Assembly (NCBI GenBank): GCA_964019335.1
Contig: OZ025658.1
Coordinates: forward strand, 558,001-622,000
Length of the DNA stretch: 64,000 nt
Source: Diplonema japonicum
Taxonomy: Eukaryota > Protista > Euglenozoa: Diplonemea
Direction: 5' to 3'
Shown: one piece after another, positions 44,607 through 55,434 of the stretch
How the letters are laid out: the number at the start of each line of letters is the position of its first letter
Numbering within the stretch: position 1 is the first letter of the stretch
Made by a program: the position numbers and the translations under genes
Notes under the pieces: generated by a model
Told to the model about the DNA's origin: nothing
Database searches by the model: none
What the model saw: the letters and a program-made list of their open reading frames with translations, nothing else

Positions 44607-45893
44607 ATGGGCGACCTGATATCGATTTGTTGCGATTGTGAAGAATTACAAGACAGTTTCGATGGTGTGGGAGGAGGGTTGATACCCGGTGCGGGGATGC
44701 TACCGGCCGCAATGGGTGCGGCAAGCTTTGTCCCGGTCGATTTGGTGCTTGCAGGGTTGGGGGGCGCCATGCTAATGAGCATGTTCGGGGGGAACCGCCC
44801 GAGACTCCGTCATAACAACCAAAACGTGAGAAATTTCACCCCGCACCCTGTTCCACCGCCAATGGGGTACTCCCAACACGGAAGACGCGGAGTGATGATC
44901 GGTATAAACTATTACGGAACCCGCGCAGAATTGAAGGGCTGCATCAACGACGTCCAGCGTATCGCACAAAAACTCCACGGAACCTATCAACTGCTTGTTT
45001 TAACAGATGACCAACGCGACCAGTCCTTACTGCCCACCAGGCGAAACATTATGCACGCGTTGAATTGGCTCATCTCTGGCCTGACCCCCAATGGAAAAAA
45101 AACCATCTTCCTACACTTCTCCGGCCACGGTTCACAACAAGAAGACGAAGACGGCGATGAAGCCGATGGTTTAGACGAAACTATCTGCCCCGTTGACTAC
45201 GATAGAATGGGGATGATCTCCGACGACGATTTGAAAAGAGACTTTCTCGGGAAGATCCCCCCCGGTAACAGGTTGTTGTCGATCATGGACTGTTGCCACT
45301 CTGGGACCGTTTTAGATCTACCGTACTACTGTGTGGGGAGCGGCCCGCCAGAGAGGTGCGTCATGCTTGGGGATCAGATGAGCGAACGGAATAAAATTCC
45401 GTGTGATGCAATTATGATATCGGGTTGTGCGGATGCTCAAACGTCTGCCGATGTCAATGCTGTGGGGAAGAAATTTGTTGAGTTGGCGGATAATCGAGCG
45501 GGAGGGGCGTTGACCTCTGCCTTTTTGGTGGCCGCGTCGCAAAACAGCAACCACACTCTTAGTTCGCTACTCTACGCCATAAGGCATGACCTCTCTGTCA
45601 AGGGGTTCGAGCAGGTTCCTCAGATCTCCGCGTCGTTTCCTTACGACGTGCGGGCCACGCCTTTCGACCTCTTCCCTTCGTCTTACCAGCCTCCTCAGCT
45701 TGCTCCTCACTACCCTCCTCAGCAGGCGTTCCCCCCACAACAATATCCCCAGCAGCAATCTTACCCACAGCAATATCCCCCACAGCAACCTTACCCACAG
45801 CAATATCCCCCACAGCAAGCGTACCCGCCTCAAGGATATGCTTCGTACCCACCCCCTCGGCACCAAGCCCCACCAGGTGGAATGAGATACTAA
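44607..45893 (+). CDS. MCA: Type I metacaspase
   Basis: IGINY, LKGCIND, HFSGHG, DET.CP.D, DCCHSG, SGC.D.QTSAD; Pro/Gln/Tyr-rich tail. Confidence 0.92.
   Translation: MGDLISICCDCEELQDSFDGVGGGLIPGAGMLPAAMGAASFVPVDLVLAGLGGAMLMSMFGGNRPRLRHNNQNVRNFTPHPVPPPMGYSQHGRRGVMIGINYYGTRAELKGCINDVQRIAQKLHGTYQLLVLTDDQRDQSLLPTRRNIMHALNWLISGLTPNGKKTIFLHFSGHGSQQEDEDGDEADGLDETICPVDYDRMGMISDDDLKRDFLGKIPPGNRLLSIMDCCHSGTVLDLPYYCVGSGPPERCVMLGDQMSERNKIPCDAIMISGCADAQTSADVNAVGKKFVELADNRAGGALTSAFLVAASQNSNHTLSSLLYAIRHDLSVKGFEQVPQISASFPYDVRATPFDLFPSSYQPPQLAPHYPPQQAFPPQQYPQQQSYPQQYPPQQPYPQQYPPQQAYPPQGYASYPPPRHQAPPGGMRY
45700..45835 (+). repeat. Coding tandem repeat (YPPQQ/YPQQ)
   Basis: Repeated CAGCAATATCCCCCACAGCAA..TTACCCA units. 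Confidence 0.8.
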
Positions 45894-46313
45894 GCCTTTT
45901 TTAAAGCTAGAAGAAATGGAAGAACATTTTTTTTTTCTTCAAGGGCGGCCCTCCATGAGGGGGTTTGTCCTGCACTTTGAGTTTTTTTTTTTTTTTTTTG
46001 GAAAAAGGTCTGGGTTTCTTTTTGGGAAAAAAAGAAAAAAAAGGACCTTTCGAAAAAAAGAAAGAAAACAAGTGAACGCCTCACAATTCTGTTTCAGTAT
46101 TTTTTTTTTTTTTTTTCTTTTTTTTTTTTATATTACTTTTACTCTTTACTTTCTAGACTCCTTTTAACAAACGAAATTAGAAGAAAAAAAAAAAGAAAGA
46201 ACGAAACCATGTTTATTTTTCTCTTTTTTTTTTTGAAGCAAACCAAAAGCAAAACAGAAGGGTGATTTGTGGGGCAGAGAGGGGCCATAAACAAAACACA
46301 AAAAAAAAAAGAA

Positions 46314-48080
46314 ATGTACAAAAGCCTGCTTTTTCTGTCGCTAGCAGCGCAGTGCAACGCAGACATTGACGCCATCAAGTGGACGGGGTTCGAGCTGGGG
46401 TACTGCAGCGCGATCACACCGAACCAACCACCTCCAAACCCCCCTGGATACTGGTGCAGCGACTACAACAGAGGATACAACGAGAAGGCCTGCTGGACGG
46501 CCACACAAAACTGCTGTTATTTCAATGTGAACAAGACAATACCACAATACCCCGGAACAGGGCAATGTGTGCACACAGACCCGTGTGGCCCGAGCGGACG
46601 CAAAATCTGCGGTGGGCAGTGCTACCCTCTACACAACGCAGACGGTATGATGACGTGCATACGTAGTTCCACCGAAAGCTCGTCGACTCCAAAATACAGC
46701 ACAGAACTCTGCATCCTGAAGCCAACATCGACAACGCAAGATGTAACCAATTTCATGAACTGGGTTTGCAACCCAGCAAACTCGCAAGTAAACTGCAAGA
46801 TGTTGAACGGTGGCGGTGCGAACGCCTACCAAACCCCAGGCCTCACTCCGAACAATTCTGCTACGGACCCTGGGACCTACACGCAAGGATCATGGGCGCT
46901 GAACCAGTTCTACCTTCTCACCGGACAGTGCAACTCTATGGGGTACCTTGTCCCTGTCCCAACGGAGGGCCCGCCTGTTGTTAAAACACCCGCTCCGTTG
47001 GAACCACCTACACCACCGCCGACACCTTCACCTCCTGTGCCTCCTTACCACGGGAAGACAATGTTGTTTGGTACTGCAGATTGTTCTGTAGGGCAGATTG
47101 GTGGTGTAGTAGACTGTGCTGCTACAGTTCGCGACTGGGTAGGCGGGAATTCTGTTACAGCTGTGGTTGCAATCGGATGGGACGACCCGGCAAAGCTCCC
47201 GAACGTTTTCGAAAACGTCCTGGACCCGATGTGGTCCGCACGGTTCGTACCGGTGCTGGACTGGCTGCCCTATCCTTACAAAACATGGACAAACCCCTCA
47301 CCGAACGTGGATATCGCAAACGGTCTTTACGATGACTACATTGAAGCGTTCTACTCACAGCTGGAGGCGTATTTGAAAACAGGTTCGAAAAGAGTTTTCA
47401 TAAGGTTCGCCCCTGAAGCGAACGGGGACTTTTTCCCGTGGTCGCCGACGTGCCCTTCTTGCACGTCGACAGGACAGAAGATCTCCCAGTCAATGGGTTC
47501 CTACGTGGCAATGTGGAAGTACGTCAGGAGTAAGTGTCCTGTGACAGATCCTACCGCCGTTCAGTGGATTTGGTCTGTGAATAATGTTGATGCTCCAGAT
47601 GGATCGTCAACGAGTGAAGGAGTTTTCCCGGGGGTTGGGTCTGTCGATTGGGCTACGGTGGATGGTTTTAACTGGGGTGACGCGATTTCAGGAAATTCTT
47701 GGAAGACACCGGACGAGGTTTATTCCTCTGCTTTGGGGACTATTCGGAGCCTCGCTGTCGGGAAGCCCATCGGGATTACCAGCCTAGCCACAGTGTCTTC
47801 TCCCAATGGCGTTGCTGCCAAGGCTTCATGGTATACCTCTGCCTTTGAAACCCTCAGCACCGCCAACATTAGCATGCTGTTGCTGTATAATGAAGACGGG
47901 TCGACGGACCTCGCCGCGCTTGGCGGGAAGAACGGTGATTACACGGCCACTGTCAACGGGCACACGTTGAAAGGCTACCATACTATTCCACACTATCTGA
48001 ATGATTCCGCGTGGCTGGTCAAGCCGCAGACTTCCAATACCCGTATCATCACCGATTCGCAGTTTCAAACAGGTGCTTGA
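46314..48080 (+). CDS. Secreted protein: Cys-rich region, X8/CBM43-like module, Pro linker, GH26-like barrel
   Basis: Signal peptide; MNWVC....NC..L..GG...SWALNQFY (X8-like); IANGLYDDYI, IRFAPEANG.FFPW, WIWS.N, FPG...VDW...DGFNWG (GH26). Confidence 0.8.
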   Translation: MYKSLLFLSLAAQCNADIDAIKWTGFELGYCSAITPNQPPPNPPGYWCSDYNRGYNEKACWTATQNCCYFNVNKTIPQYPGTGQCVHTDPCGPSGRKICGGQCYPLHNADGMMTCIRSSTESSSTPKYSTELCILKPTSTTQDVTNFMNWVCNPANSQVNCKMLNGGGANAYQTPGLTPNNSATDPGTYTQGSWALNQFYLLTGQCNSMGYLVPVPTEGPPVVKTPAPLEPPTPPPTPSPPVPPYHGKTMLFGTADCSVGQIGGVVDCAATVRDWVGGNSVTAVVAIGWDDPAKLPNVFENVLDPMWSARFVPVLDWLPYPYKTWTNPSPNVDIANGLYDDYIEAFYSQLEAYLKTGSKRVFIRFAPEANGDFFPWSPTCPSCTSTGQKISQSMGSYVAMWKYVRSKCPVTDPTAVQWIWSVNNVDAPDGSSTSEGVFPGVGSVDWATVDGFNWGDAISGNSWKTPDEVYSSALGTIRSLAVGKPIGITSLATVSSPNGVAAKASWYTSAFETLSTANISMLLLYNEDGSTDLAALGGKNGDYTATVNGHTLKGYHTIPHYLNDSAWLVKPQTSNTRIITDSQFQTGA

Positions 48081-48288
48081 TATATATACCTCAAAAAGAA
48101 AAAAAAAATGAAAAAAAAAAATATTAATAAAAAAACAGTGATTTGTCTGTCTCTGTTTTAATTCGTTGCTTCACTCCTTTTTTTTCTTTTTTTCCCCCCT
48201 CCCTTTTTGGTTTGTACTGGTGCAAAAAATTTTAAAAAAAAGTAAAGAGGGCAAAAAAGAAAAAAGAAAAGAAAAAAAAAAAGAAAAT

Positions 48289-49824
48289 ATGACGGGTCAA
48301 GAAACCCGGCGAAACCAAGCGTACCTAGCTATGCGTGGCAAGCTGTTCCCGCAATGTCGAGCGAAGGACACAGGGTATGCAGAGATGAGAGGCGTGTTGA
48401 TGGAGGCGGCAGAGGAGGAGAACCGAAAAAGACGGAACAAGAGAAAACCAAGCTACCACCACGTCGGAGCCTCACCGCGAAAAGGGGGGCAGCTGTACCT
48501 TTCAGAATCCGCCTTGAAAGTCAACCTGTACAAAACAAGCTTCGACCAAAGCACCGTGCGGTGCAGCACCATCACTCAGGACATGGAACTGGACGACTCT
48601 GTCACCACGGACTCTCTAAAGGACAACGACACATCCCACACTTCAGGAACAGCATCGCAAGCGGAAGAAGAGGATTGTTTAGCTCAAGAACCCGCACCAC
48701 CTATAGCACCTCTAACAGTGCCTACCACGCAAGAAACGCACGTTATCCAAAACAGCTCTGAATCCGATTTTTCCTGCAGGATCTCGCACAGAATCGGCGA
48801 GCCCGAGGGTCTCGGCCCGTGCGTCGGGAAGATCACACGCTTGAAGTACTCTGACAATGGAAGCCTCTCTGCTGGGACTGAAACCGGTGTTGTTTTTGTT
48901 ATACACCCCACGGCCGGCCCGTGCGTGGAACCTTTACGAGGCCACACATCAAGAGTCCTTGATTTGGAATGGTCGAAACCGGCACAGTATCTCTTGTCCA
49001 CCTCTTTAGACAAAACAATACGAATCTGGGCTATCACAGACACTCCCGGTGTTAAGAAGTCGAAGTGTATACGGATTTTGCACGAACCGTCAGTCGGCGT
49101 GTGTCTCCGGTTCATTCCCAATAACAACAACATTTTTGTGATGGGCACGATGTCGAAGGCGTTGAAGTTCTACAACCTGTCGACAGGGAAGCCCCTCACA
49201 AGGCTGAAGATCAAACGGTTCATCGCGTGCCTGTCTTGGTCCAGCACGGGTAAGGGTCTGTTCCTCGCAGATGGGTCCGGGAAGCTTTCCGTCTGCGAAT
49301 ACGACACCATGCTGCATTCACTGAAATCCCCGTCTTCATCCCTCGTACTGGAACGGGGTGCTCTCATCACATCACTGTCACTCGCTTCACCTTCCGACAC
49401 TGACTGCGATTACCTTATAGCCAACGTTATATCGGGAACTGTTTGCATGGTGAAGGCACGGCGTGTTGCGCCGTTCACCATGTCCTTCCACCGTAAGTTT
49501 GAAATCCCGCAGAGAAAAGCCCAGATCCGGTCGAGTTTTCACCCCTCCGCCCAGTCGTTCGCGACAGGGTCCGAAGACGGCTCCGTGTGGGTTTTCATCA
49601 ACCCCACAGACACACCTACCCCGAAGGTGCTCAAGCTGCAAGGCCACCAAGGCACTGTCCTCAATGTTTCCATGAACACTGCTGGGTGGATCGCGTCAGG
49701 CGACGAGCTGGGGGGTATTATGATATGGGACTACCAGAACACCGTCGCGGTGACCCCACCCCTGGCAGCGAGCGCTGCAAGGTGCGGGAGCACCTTATCC
49801 ACACCTACCGACTCTAATTCGTAA
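48289..49824 (+). CDS. WDR13: WD40 protein, WDR13-like
   Basis: GHT..V.DL.WS....LLSTSLDKTIRIW, F.PNNNN, NLSTGK, TGSEDG.V, LQGH. Confidence 0.7.
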   Translation: MTGQETRRNQAYLAMRGKLFPQCRAKDTGYAEMRGVLMEAAEEENRKRRNKRKPSYHHVGASPRKGGQLYLSESALKVNLYKTSFDQSTVRCSTITQDMELDDSVTTDSLKDNDTSHTSGTASQAEEEDCLAQEPAPPIAPLTVPTTQETHVIQNSSESDFSCRISHRIGEPEGLGPCVGKITRLKYSDNGSLSAGTETGVVFVIHPTAGPCVEPLRGHTSRVLDLEWSKPAQYLLSTSLDKTIRIWAITDTPGVKKSKCIRILHEPSVGVCLRFIPNNNNIFVMGTMSKALKFYNLSTGKPLTRLKIKRFIACLSWSSTGKGLFLADGSGKLSVCEYDTMLHSLKSPSSSLVLERGALITSLSLASPSDTDCDYLIANVISGTVCMVKARRVAPFTMSFHRKFEIPQRKAQIRSSFHPSAQSFATGSEDGSVWVFINPTDTPTPKVLKLQGHQGTVLNVSMNTAGWIASGDELGGIMIWDYQNTVAVTPPLAASAARCGSTLSTPTDSNS

Positions 49825-50070
49825 AAGAAGAAAAGAAAAAAAAAACCCCCACCCGACTGATGCCGCCTGTTGCTCCACGGTTGCCTGCAGCCTCGAGCGG
49901 CCTTGTCTGTCTTGCCGCAGGGCGGGCCGGCTCGCCACTTTCCGCCTGATCTCTGGCAATGCGCTTTGTCAGAACCGCTTTCAGAATGACCAACTTCCCC
50001 TGCTTTGCTATTATTTCTTGTCTAAACTAGAGAAACGAACGAACAAACGAAGAAGAAAGAAGAAGAAAAA

Positions 50071-50718
50071 ATGGATAAAGAAAACCCTCTGATCCCCCTC
50101 AATGTTGTGGTGGCATGGGTCAAGGCCGAGATGAGCAGTTGGGTGCGGGATATGAAAGCGTTTCATTTGGCCCTCTTAGACGATTCCGAAGGCGCGGCAG
50201 AGGAATGCAAGAAGGTCCTGGTAGAGGAGAGGGAGAGGGGGAACCCGTACGAAGGCTCGTGCTTGAGGGAGGTGGTGAGGGAAGCAGAACGGCACCGTCA
50301 GGAAGCCATGGATCTGATGGTGGAGTGCGCGGAGAGATACGTTTCCTTGAAAAGCAGGTTGAAACTGAGGAGCCAAGTACAGCAAAACCCAGCTCCCACT
50401 GTCACCGTGAGACACTTAGATCCTTCTCTTATCTCGAACCCGAGCCCTGCCAGCACTTACAGTGCAGTGCCCATCTCCATGCATGAGCTGTCCTCACATA
50501 ACCATTACCACCTCTCACCACCGTCTAGTCTGCGACATAGGCTACCACCTAAACCCACTGTGTCTTACGCTTTGCAGGAACCGATCTCACCGAATTCAAT
50601 GGGCAGCAATGACACACAGGAGCTTCTGCAGCAACCTTGGGTCGCACAAATGCTCAACCTCAACGACAACGGGACATCGCCTTCCAGCGGTGGTACCATG
50701 ACAAAGAGAGATGTTTAG
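50071..50718 (+). CDS. Hypothetical protein with an N-terminal helical/coiled-coil region
   Basis: 215-aa ORF, ATG after an A-rich leader. Confidence 0.6.
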   Translation: MDKENPLIPLNVVVAWVKAEMSSWVRDMKAFHLALLDDSEGAAEECKKVLVEERERGNPYEGSCLREVVREAERHRQEAMDLMVECAERYVSLKSRLKLRSQVQQNPAPTVTVRHLDPSLISNPSPASTYSAVPISMHELSSHNHYHLSPPSSLRHRLPPKPTVSYALQEPISPNSMGSNDTQELLQQPWVAQMLNLNDNGTSPSSGGTMTKRDV

Positions 50719-50816
50719 AAAAATATGTAGTTTTCCCTCTTTTTTTGTTTTTGTTTTGTTATGTGATGGTGTATCCTACATAGTGAGAGAAGAAGAGAAA
50801 AAAAAGAAAATACGGA

Positions 50817-51191
50817 ATGCCAGCGGTGCCTGTGCAGGTTGCCCATGCAACCCCGGTGGATGCGGACAAGCTGTGGAGGGTTAGAGTGGCGAACGAGCTG
50901 CATGCCGCGAAGAATTGGACGGACACCTACGGCTACATGGTGGGCAACGCCAAGCTGTTGAACAAGTCCTCCACCTTCGACAACGTCGAGGAAGGGGACG
51001 TCGAGGAAGGGGTGGACGCCCCCAGCTTCGACCCCACGAAAACCGACAAATCGAATTCCAAGAATAGCGACAACATCAACAACAACAACAACACCGCACG
51101 CAGCAAACAGGTGGACCCCTTCGCACGCAGCCTCGACAGCATGGTGATGGGCCCTTCTGCCCATGCAAGAAAAACCACGAAATGGAGCTGA
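50817..51191 (+). CDS. Small protein resembling ciliary microtubule inner proteins (C20orf85/C2orf50-type motif)
   Basis: D.LWR.RV..E..A..NW...YG.M motif. Confidence 0.5.
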   Translation: MPAVPVQVAHATPVDADKLWRVRVANELHAAKNWTDTYGYMVGNAKLLNKSSTFDNVEEGDVEEGVDAPSFDPTKTDKSNSKNSDNINNNNNTARSKQVDPFARSLDSMVMGPSAHARKTTKWS

Positions 51192-51385
51192 ATGAAAAAA
51201 TGGGGGGGAAAAAAAGATATCTCTCGTTTATGTTTACACACAAACTCTTCTTTTTGTTTCTCTCTTTTCTTTTCTTCTTTTCTCGGAATACAAAAACAAA
51301 ACAAAGAAAAATACCACAGGGAAAAAAGGTGGGGAAACCCGCACCTATTTTCAATATAAAAAAAAATCTTTTATATACATAAACC

Positions 51386-54142
51386 ATGTCAACACACAGT
51401 GATAGCGATGTGTCGAGTGAGAGCGGCTCTGAGTCAACTGCGTCGGGGGCGCAGTCTGCGAGAAAAAACGGGAGAAGTCAAAAAATAGAGCGGTACGGGC
51501 GGGTGGTGGACGTGAGGGAAGGCGGCTCCCGGGTGACGATCCGCCAGTTTTTGGAGCTGCGGGAAGACGAGAAGAAAGAGAAGCTCAAAAAAATTGTGAA
51601 GCGCGAGGGCACCAAAAAGGTGTTCGAGGTGACTACTGAGGTCCTCGGAATCGTCACGGACCACGACGAGACCCCAGAGCACCGAAAATTCGTGAAGACG
51701 GTCGTACGCAGATCAATGAAACAATTTGAAAGACTGTCGATGAAAATATCCAGGGAATTTCCAGCGGTACCAGTCCCGGCCCTACAACGAGCCCGACGGA
51801 ACATAAAAACCTTGCCGAACAATCGACAAAATCTGCCTCCGTTGGTGTCATTTCTCCACATACTACTCACGCATCCAACAACATGTAAGTCCGAGATCTT
51901 ATGGGACTTCTTAACACTGCCTTCTCATGTCTTGTCGATGCTGCTTAAGGTTCCCAAGAACATCCCATCGATCCGAGGCCTTCCCAAAGCTGCGGATGCT
52001 CATTTGTCTGATTTAAAAAGGGCGGGATCATCGGCGAAAAGAATGCTTTCTTCCTCATTACGATCACTGGGAGTTTCTTTGAAGCAGCCTGACATCCCTC
52101 GCGATGAGCAGATTCGACAGGCCGAGGTCGCGCAAGCACTGCATAACCAAAAAAAGCAAATCAACGATCAAGTGGTCAACAGCACCGCAACATCGAAATC
52201 CGCGTGTGTTCAAGGCAAGATGTTGCGAAAAACAATCGAATCAAGTGCTTCGTTACGAGATTCAAGACGGAACGTCGCATGGGCCTTGCACGGCTGCGCG
52301 GGAGGCATCACGGACCTCTGCTACAAAGCATCCTCTGTGTACTATGAGAAATTCATATCATCAGACCCATCACCTTCGAAAACCCCACCTCCAACCGACA
52401 ACCTCGAGAAAAGATCACTCTGCGTTCACGCAGAGGGCTACGCCGGCTCCACAAAACCAGACTGGCTGCACACAACCTACCCATATAACACCACATTAGA
52501 AGACCGGTGGCTGTACACTGTGATAACACCAGCACCGGTACACCGTATCAGGAAGCTACCTTCCCGTGTGTCTGACATAGTAGCAGAGGTTACACCAGGG
52601 ACTGTATTACTGTTGGACATGACACAGTCCCTGCAAAACGGGGAGGAGTGGGGATACACGACAGCATCGGGAGGATGGACATTACTCAACGACCCCGGCA
52701 TGGAACACGTAACACCGTCGTCGGCGTTGGACAACATTCAAACCCCAACTTCGCCTCCCGAATATATAACCGGTGACGTCATCCACGTGCAAGGGCCTTC
52801 CGGGAAACGTAAGGATAGTATAGTGCTGGACGTTGCAGCAGGGATGTTACACATTGCTTACTTGGGTTGCGACCCTAAAGACAACGAGTGGATCCCATGC
52901 CATTCGGAACGCCTCTCCCCCTGCCCCAAACCAGGGAAGCCCTACGCGTTGTTGAACCCGTCGAAGCTCACTTCTGGTTGTTACCATTCCGTAGCACATC
53001 TGTACCATAATACATGTCATGACGATCTTTACGAATTAACGCTCGCTGGGCAGCTTGCGTCCGGATTGGTGGACGCAGCGGCAAGGCTTGCAACGGTTAA
53101 CGGGAAAAACCTGCAAACCGCTGAAAAAACCGAAAAAGATTTCGTTGTGAACACCGAGGCGAGCGTTGGGAAGGATCCATCGCAAGACCTGGCGGGTCTC
53201 GTGCGCGACTCGCAAGAAGCGACACACGCTGTATGGAGCGAACACGAAGCTACCCGGACCGCAGTCCGAAACACGCTAGGAAAGTACGCAAAACGTCATG
53301 TTGCCCTGCAACATGAAAAAGCGGTGAGAGAAGCGGAACTATGGGGCGGGCTGCTCGCACAGCTCGACGGTGGTACCTCTGACGACCTCACGGGTTCCTT
53401 CAACGATGTCCTGAAGTCCGCCACCCCAAAACCCATCACCGAGGACGACGTGCTCGGAAGACCTGAAATGGCGGAAATAGCAGACCTCATCACCCCCCTC
53501 ACCGCACAGTGCCAAGCATTTGCCGCCTTCACCAACCCATCTCACGACGACGGACTCGACATCTTCGGTGATGCCATCCCAGAGGAACAACGCACCCCCG
53601 CTGTAAATACCAAACCGGTGGTGATGGTACCACCCATCCCTACCCTAACTCCTTCAAAAGATTTGTTTAGGGAGATCGGACCGTTGTCTGCGGTTTCACA
53701 GGGTGAGTCTGAAGTGTCATCTCACGACCCGTCTTTACGTGATGCGGAATACAATGAGGAACAAGATCGGAAAGATATTACAGAGGGCGAGGAGGAGGGC
53801 GTGAAACAGTTGAAAAAAGCGCACGAGGTTGTTGAAAAAGCCAGGCGGCGAAAAGACAAGGAACACCGTCTGCGAAAGGAACAGGAGGCTCGTGAGGTCG
53901 AAGCACGTGAGAAGCGGAGAAAACAACGTGACGAGCTTCAGGAGAGAGCCGCGCAGAAAGACGAGGACGAGACACCACTTCCTACACCTACACCTAAGCA
54001 GACTTCTAAAGACATGTTCCAACTTCACTTAAACAAAATGAAGCCTTTAGAAGTTGACGAGACGCTGGTGGAGGCGGAACGGAAGAAACTATCGGCAAGA
54101 GGTAGTGTCAAGCTGGCGGGTGCTGCATGGGATGACTTGTGA
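51386..54142 (+). CDS. PX-like domain protein with helical, SH3/Tudor-like and charged regions
   Basis: VRRS..QF..L...I...FP...VP.L ... FL..LL.HP....SE.LWDFL (PX-like); HI.YLG.....NEWI (Tudor/chromo-barrel-like). Confidence 0.6.
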   Translation: MSTHSDSDVSSESGSESTASGAQSARKNGRSQKIERYGRVVDVREGGSRVTIRQFLELREDEKKEKLKKIVKREGTKKVFEVTTEVLGIVTDHDETPEHRKFVKTVVRRSMKQFERLSMKISREFPAVPVPALQRARRNIKTLPNNRQNLPPLVSFLHILLTHPTTCKSEILWDFLTLPSHVLSMLLKVPKNIPSIRGLPKAADAHLSDLKRAGSSAKRMLSSSLRSLGVSLKQPDIPRDEQIRQAEVAQALHNQKKQINDQVVNSTATSKSACVQGKMLRKTIESSASLRDSRRNVAWALHGCAGGITDLCYKASSVYYEKFISSDPSPSKTPPPTDNLEKRSLCVHAEGYAGSTKPDWLHTTYPYNTTLEDRWLYTVITPAPVHRIRKLPSRVSDIVAEVTPGTVLLLDMTQSLQNGEEWGYTTASGGWTLLNDPGMEHVTPSSALDNIQTPTSPPEYITGDVIHVQGPSGKRKDSIVLDVAAGMLHIAYLGCDPKDNEWIPCHSERLSPCPKPGKPYALLNPSKLTSGCYHSVAHLYHNTCHDDLYELTLAGQLASGLVDAAARLATVNGKNLQTAEKTEKDFVVNTEASVGKDPSQDLAGLVRDSQEATHAVWSEHEATRTAVRNTLGKYAKRHVALQHEKAVREAELWGGLLAQLDGGTSDDLTGSFNDVLKSATPKPITEDDVLGRPEMAEIADLITPLTAQCQAFAAFTNPSHDDGLDIFGDAIPEEQRTPAVNTKPVVMVPPIPTLTPSKDLFREIGPLSAVSQGESEVSSHDPSLRDAEYNEEQDRKDITEGEEEGVKQLKKAHEVVEKARRRKDKEHRLRKEQEAREVEAREKRRKQRDELQERAAQKDEDETPLPTPTPKQTSKDMFQLHLNKMKPLEVDETLVEAERKKLSARGSVKLAGAAWDDL

Positions 54143-55434
54143 GTGGAAAGAGTAAAAAAAAAAAAAAAAGTGCGAGTTTTTCGTCCTTTGATCCCTTCCC
54201 CCTCTCCCCGTTTGCTTCGTAATTTGCTTTGGGATCATTTTCTCTTCCCCTTCCTCGCCCTTCTTGATCAGTTCTCTTTATAGGAAGAACGCACATACCA
54301 ATGGAGAAAGGAGGGGGGAGGGGGTGTTTTTTTATGGATGAACCGTGTGCGCAAGTTTTTTTTTTTGATTAATCCCTAACGGTCTGGTCCTTTAGGGTTA
54401 ATAAGGAAACAAAAGAAGAAGAAAAAAAATCTCAATCTTTTTTTTTTTATTCATCTTTCCTCGTTCCTTTCCCGGTTTTGCTCATGTTTTCTTTTTCCCT
54501 TTTTTTTTTTTTTTTTTTTTTTTTGCTGGAGTGGGTCCTTGACTTGTTTTGAATTCTTTTAGGAAAAACAAAAAGTTGTGGTCCCGACATGCCCTCCCCT
54601 TCCGCGTCAAATTGAGAGGGAACTGTTCACTTTTTTTGTCCCTAACAGATACCATTGGTAGCAAGCGAGTATCCTTTTTGCCTGAATAAAAAAAAAAATT
54701 TTTTTTTTTCCGACGGCAAATTGGCGGGAAAGGAACCCTTGCCCTCTCCTTAACATAATTTTCAATTTCCTTCTTTATTTTATTTTATTTTTTTTTATAT
54801 CTCTATGTACCCGAGCGTACCAAAAGGACAATGGAAAGCAAGAGTGCCTCGTGTGTGTGTTTATTTCCCCCCTCCACCCCCTTTTTTTTTCCTCGGGGAA
54901 AAATCTGACATATTTCGCAACTAAGCCCCCACCCCCACCCCCGATCGTCTTCTTCATATCCTCATTTTTTTTTCCTCCCCCTGTATTATCATAGGTCCCG
55001 CGGTATATTTTCGATAAGATTTCGCATAAATCTTTCAGTTTTCGAAGGGGGGCAAAACGGTCTCCGAGAATAGTATATTGTTAGTACATATCGACTATTC
55101 TTTCATGTAGCTGTGCATGATTTATGGTTTTATGATTTCTTTGAGAAGAAGAAGGAGGGGGGAAAAAAAGAAGAAAAAAAAAAGCTCCAAAAGAATGGTT
55201 TTTTTTTTTTTGTTTTTGAGGAAAAAGAAACATCTGATGCTCCTGTTAGTTACTTTTTTTTTTTCCTCCGCAAAAAAAAAAAAAAAAAAAAAAAAAAGAT
55301 TATAACACTGACTGTTCACTGATCTGACCAAACAATTTTTCGCAAAGTCGAGAACCTGCACACTTCGTTTCGTCGGTCCAGTTCGTCGGGGAAAAAAAAA
55401 AAGGGAAAAAAAAAACAGGAAGGGTGAGGGCCCT

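Noticed and set aside
54368-54650. Telomerase RNA template or interstitial telomere
   Set aside because: Only isolated CCCTAA/TTAGGG hexamers; no 1.5-repeat template or array
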